From IMG/VR virus record IMGVR_UViG_3300014039_000009, positions 1 through 38,166 of that record: a stretch of 38,166 bases of DNA; one strand, 5' to 3'. Made by a program: the position numbers and the translations under genes. Source of the stretch: a virus. Position 1 is the stretch's first letter. Every line of letters begins with the position of its first letter. Under the pieces are notes generated by a model. It saw only the letters and a list, made by a program, of their open reading frames with translations, did not search any database and was not told the DNA's origin. Below are positions 33,021 to 38,166 of this stretch, piece by piece.

Positions 33021-33865
33021 AAATGAGATTAAGTACCGAAGTAGGAACGATAAGTTATTCTGATTTGGAAAAGTTACCTGCTTACATTGATGAAGCATTA
33101 AGACAGATAATGCCTATCGACGAACAAGGAAACTTACCTCTTCATGCAGTAAGTGCAAGCAATCTTCCTGAAGCTAAAGATACTCTAGCTAAACTAAGAA
33201 AGTTAGACAAAGCTCTTGAAGACGAAAGAAAAAGAATAAAGAAAGAGTGGCTCAAGCCATATGAAGAGTTTGAAGCTACATACAAGTGCAAGAAAGAAGC
33301 TCTAACAAGAGCAATTACAACTCTTGCTAGTGATGTGTCTGACGTTGAAAGAGATATCGACAATTACAAGCGAAACGGATTGACCTTGAATATCCAGAAA
33401 GACGCAGACGCTATGAGAGTAGGCTTAGGAGATTTAGTCAAAGATAATCCTTCTCTTTGGAGCAGAGTTTGGAACGATAGTTATCTTAACAAAACAACAT
33501 CTTCCACCAAAATTGTCGAGACTTATCGCACAGCTTTGAGAGACATCATGACAGAGCTTGAAACGATTGATGCATCAGAAGACCGAGATAAGCTTTTGCA
33601 GGCTTATTATCGATTAGGCAATCTCACATTAGCTCTAGCCGAGGTACAGAGATTTAAAGATTTAGAAAAGAAATTTAAAGCTAAAGCACCTGAGCCACAG
33701 CCTGCACCACAACCACTACAGCCAACTCCACAAGTAGAAGCGCCCAAAGAAGAAGAGGAATTTACATACAAGTCTTTCAAATGTTGGCATAAAGATGCAA
33801 CGGCTTTTAAGGGCTTAATTCAGTATATGAAAGATAAAGGCTTTCACTGTGAAATATTAAAATAA
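33008..33865 (+). CDS. DUF1351-like phage protein
   Basis: The LAKLRKLDKALEDERKRIKKEWLKPYEEFE pattern; it sits between the exonuclease and annealase-like genes. Confidence 0.65.
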   Translation: MADLEMRLSTEVGTISYSDLEKLPAYIDEALRQIMPIDEQGNLPLHAVSASNLPEAKDTLAKLRKLDKALEDERKRIKKEWLKPYEEFEATYKCKKEALTRAITTLASDVSDVERDIDNYKRNGLTLNIQKDADAMRVGLGDLVKDNPSLWSRVWNDSYLNKTTSSTKIVETYRTALRDIMTELETIDASEDRDKLLQAYYRLGNLTLALAEVQRFKDLEKKFKAKAPEPQPAPQPLQPTPQVEAPKEEEEFTYKSFKCWHKDATAFKGLIQYMKDKGFHCEILK

Positions 33866-33895
33866 TTTTATATAATATAAGGAGATAGACATAAT

Positions 33896-34837
33896 ATGTA
33901 TAACAGATTAGCAAAAACAGGAATAGAAAACAACAACGAAAACGAGATGTCAGTAACTATGCCGATGAAGAGCAATTTAATGAATAATGTTTTGGCATCA
34001 AATCCAGCTATTGCGAGAGAAGTTGCGACTGTACAAACTCAGATGATAATTGCTCAAATGTGTCCGAGAGATATGTCAGAAGTACAGCAAAGAGTTGCAT
34101 CTGCTTGCTCAAGATTACAGTTAGCATCGTCAGCTATTTATGCTTATGCAAGAGGTGGCTCTGATATCAAGGGTGCATCAATTAGACTTGCTGAAGCTCT
34201 CTTAAATGCTTATGGCAACTCAAAAGCGGGCTTTGAGATTACAAGTCAAACAGAAACGGAAAGCACTGTCAGAGCTTATGCCTTTGACATGCAGACAAAC
34301 ACATTAATGGAAAGAACGTTTGTTGTGCCTCATGTAAGACACACAAAGACTATGGACTATGCCTTAACAGACCCTCGAGATATTTATGAAGCAGTTGCAA
34401 ATCAGAGCTCAAGAAGGGTTAGAGCCTGCATCTTGGCTATAATTCCCAGCGATTTACAAGAGTTTGCAATCAACAAATGTAATGAAACCTTACAAGCCAA
34501 AGTTAAAATTACGCCAGATTCTTTAGAGAAACTTATCGAATCTTTCTCTGCATTTGGAATTTCTAAAGCACAGATAGAAGACTTTATTCAAAGGAAGCTT
34601 GAAGCAATCACTACAAGCCAGTATCTAAATCTAAAGCAGATATATGCATCTTTGAGGGACGGAATTGCAAAGCCTGAAGACTTCTTTAAGAACGAAGAAA
34701 AAATCGCCGTAGACGTACCGAAAGTCGAAAATAGTATAAACTCACCACTTTTAAAAGAAAACGCACCTACACCGTCAAATTCTGCGTCTGACGAAGAGTT
34801 TGAAGAAGAGTTTAACGACGACGAATTTAATTTCTAG
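33896..34837 (+). CDS. RecT/Red-beta-superfamily single-strand annealing protein candidate
   Basis: Synteny with the YqaJ exonuclease; the SSRRVRACILAIIP segment is analogous to the conserved RecT/Red-beta helix; acidic C-terminal tail. Confidence 0.6.
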   Translation: MYNRLAKTGIENNNENEMSVTMPMKSNLMNNVLASNPAIAREVATVQTQMIIAQMCPRDMSEVQQRVASACSRLQLASSAIYAYARGGSDIKGASIRLAEALLNAYGNSKAGFEITSQTETESTVRAYAFDMQTNTLMERTFVVPHVRHTKTMDYALTDPRDIYEAVANQSSRRVRACILAIIPSDLQEFAINKCNETLQAKVKITPDSLEKLIESFSAFGISKAQIEDFIQRKLEAITTSQYLNLKQIYASLRDGIAKPEDFFKNEEKIAVDVPKVENSINSPLLKENAPTPSNSASDEEFEEEFNDDEFNF

Positions 34838-34957
34838 TAAATTCTGCTCTCTAGCTGTTCTCGGTTTTCCTCTCGATTAAGCAAACAACACAAATATAAC
34901 AGTCATTCATGGGGACAGTTAGGGAGCTTTTGGTAATTGATAAATAGGAGTTTTCTA

Positions 34958-35161
34958 ATGGAGATAATCAGGTTTGGAAAGGAAAAAAAGCAAAATGAAT
35001 GGAGAATTAATGCCATTCTCGGATTTTGCCATTCTCGGGCAAACTGCAGGCTTTGTCCTCTTTCTAAAACAACTTGCTATCGACGAAAAAAAACGCTCAC
35101 TGATTTATCTGTGGACGAACAAAAAGAGGCTCTTCGAATCATCGTTAAAGAGGATTTTTAA
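34958..35161 (+). CDS. Small Cys-rich protein (67 aa)
   Basis: ATG at 34958 follows TAGGAG. Motif CHSRANCRLCPLSKTTC. Confidence 0.5.
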   Translation: MEIIRFGKEKKQNEWRINAILGFCHSRANCRLCPLSKTTCYRRKKTLTDLSVDEQKEALRIIVKEDF

Positions 35162-35166
35162 CAGAT

Positions 35167-35601
35167 ATGGAATTGAAATTTGAAATATTAGGAAAAGCTC
35201 AAGGGTTAGATAGAAGTAGACAAACATCTCAAGGCTTTAGATTTGATTCTGCGAAAAATAGAAGCAATAAAGCTCTAATCAGAATGGTTGCAGAAAATGA
35301 AGCTGAGAAGATAAATATTTCTCTGCCTATTCCTGCAGGTCGAACTGGTTATCAAATCTGTTTAGATATCGAAATTGCACCGACTAAATCGTGGACGAAG
35401 AAAAAGCTTAAAGAAATTGAAGAGGGACTTTGGAGACCTTTATCAAAGCCCGATATCGATAATGTCTTAAAGCTCTATCTTGACGCCTTGAATGGCGTTG
35501 TAATCGAAGATGATAGGTTTGTAACATCAGTTTCCCTTACAAGAAAGTTTTCAAAAAAAGACAAGGTTATCTGTTCTCTTTCTTGGCAAGAGGAGAGATA
35601 G
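35167..35601 (+). CDS. rusA: RusA-like Holliday-junction resolvase
   Basis: Motif KPDIDNVLKLYLDALNGVVIEDDRFV. Confidence 0.85.
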   Translation: MELKFEILGKAQGLDRSRQTSQGFRFDSAKNRSNKALIRMVAENEAEKINISLPIPAGRTGYQICLDIEIAPTKSWTKKKLKEIEEGLWRPLSKPDIDNVLKLYLDALNGVVIEDDRFVTSVSLTRKFSKKDKVICSLSWQEER

Positions 35602-35605
35602 ATAA

Positions 35606-36025
35606 ATGGCTAAAAGAAAAGAGCCTTACATAACCATTCCCTGCACATTTATTGAAAATCTCAAAATCAAAAAAATGATTGCAAAAATTGGAAAGGCTGC
35701 AACTTTTGATTATCTGATGATTCTAGCTAAACACAGAGAATTTGAAGAATCGGATTTTATGATTCCTGATGAGATGATTCCTTATCTTGCTCAATCTTTA
35801 GGCACAGAAGAAAAAGAACTAAGAAAGACTATCTGTTACTGTTTAGGTGAAGGATTTCTTACTGGAATACAAAAAGAAGACGGAACTGAATATTTCTTCT
35901 CAGAAGACCAACGGCTAGACCTTCTTAATTGGAAAGTTGCGAGAGAAAGAATGAGTGAAGCAGGAAAGAAAGGTAATGAAAAAAGGTGGAACAAAGGAGA
36001 AACAACAGATGAAGAGCAAGAATAA
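35606..36025 (+). CDS. DUF4373 / DnaD-like replication-organiser candidate
   Basis: N-terminal pattern YITIPCTFIENLKIKKMIAKIGKAATFDYLMIL; lies directly upstream of the repeat cluster. Confidence 0.5.
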   Translation: MAKRKEPYITIPCTFIENLKIKKMIAKIGKAATFDYLMILAKHREFEESDFMIPDEMIPYLAQSLGTEEKELRKTICYCLGEGFLTGIQKEDGTEYFFSEDQRLDLLNWKVARERMSEAGKKGNEKRWNKGETTDEEQE

Positions 36026-36093
36026 AACTTTCTCTTATTTCTTATTACGTAAAGAAATATCTATCTTATTCTTCCTTTCTTGTTTGTGTAAAA

Positions 36094-36187
36094 GCGTTTT
36101 TGTGAAAAACGCGGTTATGGTTATGGTTATGGTTATGGTTATGGAGCGATCGGGTAGGCGATACAGGTAGGCGATCGGGTACCCGAT
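36094..36187. promoter_or_regulatory. Origin-like repeat cluster
   Basis: Contains the hairpin gcgttttt-gtg-aaaaacgc, (ggttat)x5, two copies each of gcgatcgggta and ggtaggcgat, and the 14-bp palindrome atcgggtacccgat. Confidence 0.5.
36113..36144. repeat. Hexanucleotide microsatellite (GGTTAT) x5.3
   Basis: Read directly from the sequence; perfect copies. Confidence 0.95.
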
Positions 36188-36212
36188 AAGAAAGAGTAAG
36201 GAAAAAGAGAAT

Positions 36213-36347
36213 ATGCAGAAAGAAATTTTAAAGATTGTGAGATTGAAGTATGAAAGCCAGTCTTTGCAGTTTTCAAGCAGAGAAAGGCAAAAGAAAGCAA
36301 GGCAGCTTAAAGAGCTAAAGGAGAGGTTAAAAAATGGCAATAGATAA
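36213..36347 (+). CDS. Possible 44-aa basic ORF (not in track)
   Basis: Hand translation gives MQKEILKIVRLKYESQSLQFSSRERQKKARQLKELKERLKNGNR. AAGGAAAAAGAGA lies upstream. Confidence 0.35.
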   Translation: MQKEILKIVRLKYESQSLQFSSRERQKKARQLKELKERLKNGNR

Positions 36348-36507
36348 GACAAAAGCAATTTTCAATATTTTGATTAACGACTATTCAGAGCAAATGAAAA
36401 AGCAGGGAATTTCGAGGCATCAAAAAAGAATCCTGCATTGGAAGAGCGAAGCAATCATGCAGGCTTATGAAATGTACAACAAAATTGTAAAAAGCGACGA
36501 CAAATGA
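36334..36507 (+). CDS. Possible 57-aa ORF (not in track)
   Basis: Hand translation gives MAIDKTKAIFNILINDYSEQMKKQGISRHQKRILHWKSEAIMQAYEMYNKIVKSDDK. GGAGAGG lies upstream. Confidence 0.4.
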   Translation: MAIDKTKAIFNILINDYSEQMKKQGISRHQKRILHWKSEAIMQAYEMYNKIVKSDDK

Positions 36508-36629
36508 AAAAAAACGCGCACAAACAGTTCTTTTTGTTAAAAACGTTAAATTATACCAATTTTAATAAACAATACGTTAGCGCGCGAATTTTGCGTACTG
36601 TAGTAAAGATTAGGAGTTTAAAGGAAAGT

Positions 36630-36860
36630 ATGAATGTAAATACTGAAACATTTAGAGAAATTAAGACGGCTAAGGACTTAGATAAAGCCACAGCCGAGGT
36701 TGTGGCTGTAGTTGATGCTTATTGCAAGCAAGTGAGTGAATCAAAAACGGTTAGATTTGCTCATTGCGAGGCTTGCCCTTTTTATAGCAGCCAAAAAGAC
36801 GACTGTCTTAAATATTTTATGCATGACTCAATAAATGAGCAGGCAGCATTAGGAGAATAG
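36630..36860 (+). CDS. Small protein with a C-terminal HCxxC...C motif (76 aa)
   Basis: The internal ATG at 36630 is preceded by AAGGAAAG. The track start at 36504 adds a low-quality 42-aa extension. Confidence 0.55.
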   Translation: MNVNTETFREIKTAKDLDKATAEVVAVVDAYCKQVSESKTVRFAHCEACPFYSSQKDDCLKYFMHDSINEQAALGE

Positions 36861-36864
36861 AAAT

Positions 36865-37086
36865 ATGGATGAAAAGAAAGAAATGGTTACTTTGAAGATT
36901 AGCGTCCATAACGCAATCGAAATATTTAACGCGTTGTATGTACTTATCAACAAAGAGGCAGACGGCAAAGTGGATTTTCTTTTAGATTCAGAATTTCAAG
37001 CAATTTTGGATTTTCTAAAAGGGCTTTATGATGCTCTAGACAAAAAAGGTTGCATTATATGGGGCAAAAGAGGAGAGATTAAATGA
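36865..37086 (+). CDS. Hypothetical protein (73 aa)
   Basis: TAGGAG RBS and tight packing. Confidence 0.6.
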   Translation: MDEKKEMVTLKISVHNAIEIFNALYVLINKEADGKVDFLLDSEFQAILDFLKGLYDALDKKGCIIWGKRGEIK

Positions 37087-37280
37087 TTGATATGTACACA
37101 ATCGGAGTAATCGGGCTAATAACAATGTTTGCTTTGGTAATCATCTTGTTAGTGATGCTTATCAAAGACCAAGCAAAGGTCACATATAGGCAACAGGCTC
37201 TAGAAGAGAGGACATCAAGAGAGCTTGAGAGCTTCAGAGAAAGAGTTAAGAGCCTAGAGAGGAGAGAAAGGAATGACTGA
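37083..37280 (+). CDS. Small N-terminal-TM / C-terminal coiled-coil protein
   Basis: ATGA overlap with the upstream gene. IGVIGLITMFALVIILLVMLI is followed by a charged helix. Confidence 0.6.
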   Translation: MIDMYTIGVIGLITMFALVIILLVMLIKDQAKVTYRQQALEERTSRELESFRERVKSLERRERND

Positions 37281-37467
37281 AACGGAAGAGAAGAAGTTAT
37301 ATATAGAATTTAAAGCGGAATGCAAAGCAAGGCACTACAGGTGCAGTAATACCTGTGATACATACAACACCGAAGATAGAGACTGTGAGATATATGGAGA
37401 TAGTCATCCGACCTACTCTCACTGTCAAGAGGCATTTGAAGCATGGCTAGAAAGGAAGGAGAAATAG
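37273..37467 (+). CDS. Small Cys/His-rich protein
   Basis: CKARHYRCSNTCDTYNTEDRDCEIYGDSHPTYSHC; overlapping start. Confidence 0.6.
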   Translation: MTETEEKKLYIEFKAECKARHYRCSNTCDTYNTEDRDCEIYGDSHPTYSHCQEAFEAWLERKEK

Positions 37468-37665
37468 ATGAGTAACATATTTATTGCAGTCTTAACTCTA
37501 ACTGACATTGTTATGTGCATAGGCTTTTTCGTAATGGGAAAGCTAATTGAAGAGCTAGAAGACAGAGTGAAGGTTTGTGAAAGCTACAACGAGCTAAATG
37601 AAAAAGAAATCATGGCATTAAAAGGCAGATGCCGAGATTTAGAAGAAAAGATTGAGGAGAATTGA
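37468..37665 (+). CDS. Small N-terminal-TM / C-terminal coiled-coil protein
   Basis: FIAVLTLTDIVMCIGFFVMG is followed by a heptad-like helix. AAGGAGA RBS. Confidence 0.6.
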   Translation: MSNIFIAVLTLTDIVMCIGFFVMGKLIEELEDRVKVCESYNELNEKEIMALKGRCRDLEEKIEEN

Positions 37666-37667
37666 GA

Positions 37668-37928
37668 ATGAAATACACATATGAAGATATTATTATTAAC
37701 CCTAACGACAAAAGATTAGAGGGAGCTATTGGAAAGAAAGTCTATTTAGATTCAAGTGCCCTTGATATTTTGAGGCAGGCAAACGAAAAAGGTATCCCAG
37801 ACATCCTAACGGCAATCAACAAAGAGATAGCTTGCCCCTTTGACGGGGTCAATTACGGCTATCCTTTCGTCATCATCAAGAAAAAAAAGAAACTAGCTGA
37901 AAGCAAGAAGGAGCAATCAAATGGCTGA
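37668..37928 (+). CDS. Hypothetical protein, paralog of the N-terminal domain of the next gene
   Basis: ATG at 37668 lies 8 nt after GAGGAG, so I prefer it to the TTG at 37662. KYTYEDIIINPNDKRLEGAIGKKVY. Confidence 0.65.
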   Translation: MKYTYEDIIINPNDKRLEGAIGKKVYLDSSALDILRQANEKGIPDILTAINKEIACPFDGVNYGYPFVIIKKKKKLAESKKEQSNG

Positions 37929-38166
37929 ATACACATACAAGGATGTAATAATTGACCCACAAGACAAGAGGCTAAAAGGGGCTATTGGAAAGGAAGTTTA
38001 CTATGACGATAAACCCATACTTGCGGTACAGTATGCAAATCAAAATGTAAAGACTGGCACTCTGATAAGACTAAATAAAAAAGGCGAGCAGTTCCCTTTT
38101 TGTGTTCAACGAAGAGAAGCTGAAGATAAATTTAACTATGTTTGTATCATCATCAAGAAAGAACCC
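37921..38166 (+). CDS. 5' part of the junction-spanning CDS (continues at nt 100..321 of the circle)
   Basis: ATG at 37921 overlaps the upstream stop by 8 nt. EYTYKDVIIDPQDKRLKGAIGKEVY. The frame is open to the window end. Confidence 0.7.
   Translation, partial: MAEYTYKDVIIDPQDKRLKGAIGKEVYYDDKPILAVQYANQNVKTGTLIRLNKKGEQFPFCVQRREAEDKFNYVCIIIKKEP
38068..38166. repeat. Right copy of 99-nt exact terminal direct repeat
   Basis: Identical to nt 1..99. It lies inside a CDS whose frame continues into nt 100..321. Confidence 0.95.

Larger units (their letters stand above)
1..38067. mobile_element. Complete temperate tailed-phage genome (siphovirus-like), one unit length
   Basis: Full set of packaging, head, tail, lysis, integrase, repressor, recombination and early modules. 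The window ends overlap by an exact 99 nt. A long tape measure and no sheath gene point to a non-contractile tail. Confidence 0.85.

Noticed and set aside
34974-35183. A 69-aa ORF overlapping 34958..35161 in another frame.
   Set aside because: It has no RBS and would overlap the RusA start. The competing frame has TAGGAG plus a Cys motif and stops neatly 5 nt before the RusA ATG.
36113-36144. A possible CRISPR-like or spacer-repeat array.
   Set aside because: It is a plain 6-nt microsatellite without spacers and is far too short. No cas genes are present.
35955-36358. Track ORFs 35955..36170 (+) and 36035..36358 (-).
   Set aside because: They run through the repeat cluster; the plus ORF translates GGTTAT repeats as VMVMVMVM. 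They have no RBS and low-complexity Leu/Phe/Ser content, so the region is better explained as non-coding origin DNA plus small plus-strand ORFs.

Overview
The window is one complete, circularly closed genome of a temperate, siphovirus-like tailed phage. The unit length is 38,067 bp: the last 99 nt (38068..38166) repeat nt 1..99 exactly, and one CDS reads across that junction. The sequence looks AT-rich by eye. Order of modules: (i) small DNA-binding-like genes, then a ParB-like plus Mom-like pair (1..2791); (ii) packaging and head genes: terS, terL, portal, gp7/MuF-like minor head protein, scaffold, capsid (2788..8840); (iii) head-tail joining genes, major tail protein, two chaperones, an 899-aa tape measure, a 2055-aa tail-tip protein and a collagen-containing fibre (8894..23528); (iv) a reverse-oriented three-to-four gene cassette of unknown function (23813..25193); (v) a highly structured 450-bp intergenic region with back-to-back convergent terminators; (vi) holin-like genes and a secreted OMP-like gene, with no recognisable endolysin (25411..26936); (vii) an attP-like AT-rich region and a tyrosine integrase (26937..28516); (viii) three self-contained minus-strand moron units between int and the repressor (28545..31062); (ix) a CI-like / RHH Cro-like switch with three tandem 11-bp repeats; (x) a recombination module (YqaJ exonuclease, DUF1351-like, RecT/Red-beta-like), RusA, a DUF4373/DnaD-like protein, an origin-like repeat cluster and many small early ORFs. 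All functional calls come from reading motifs in the supplied translations plus gene order. No database search was run. The regions I consider most likely to hide something undescribed are the reverse cassette with its convergent-terminator control region (23813..25390), the int-cI moron units (28545..31100), the ParB/Mom-like DNA-modification pair, and the endolysin-less lysis region. An OMP-like C-terminal Phe and a lipoprotein suggest a low-GC diderm host, but this is inference only.
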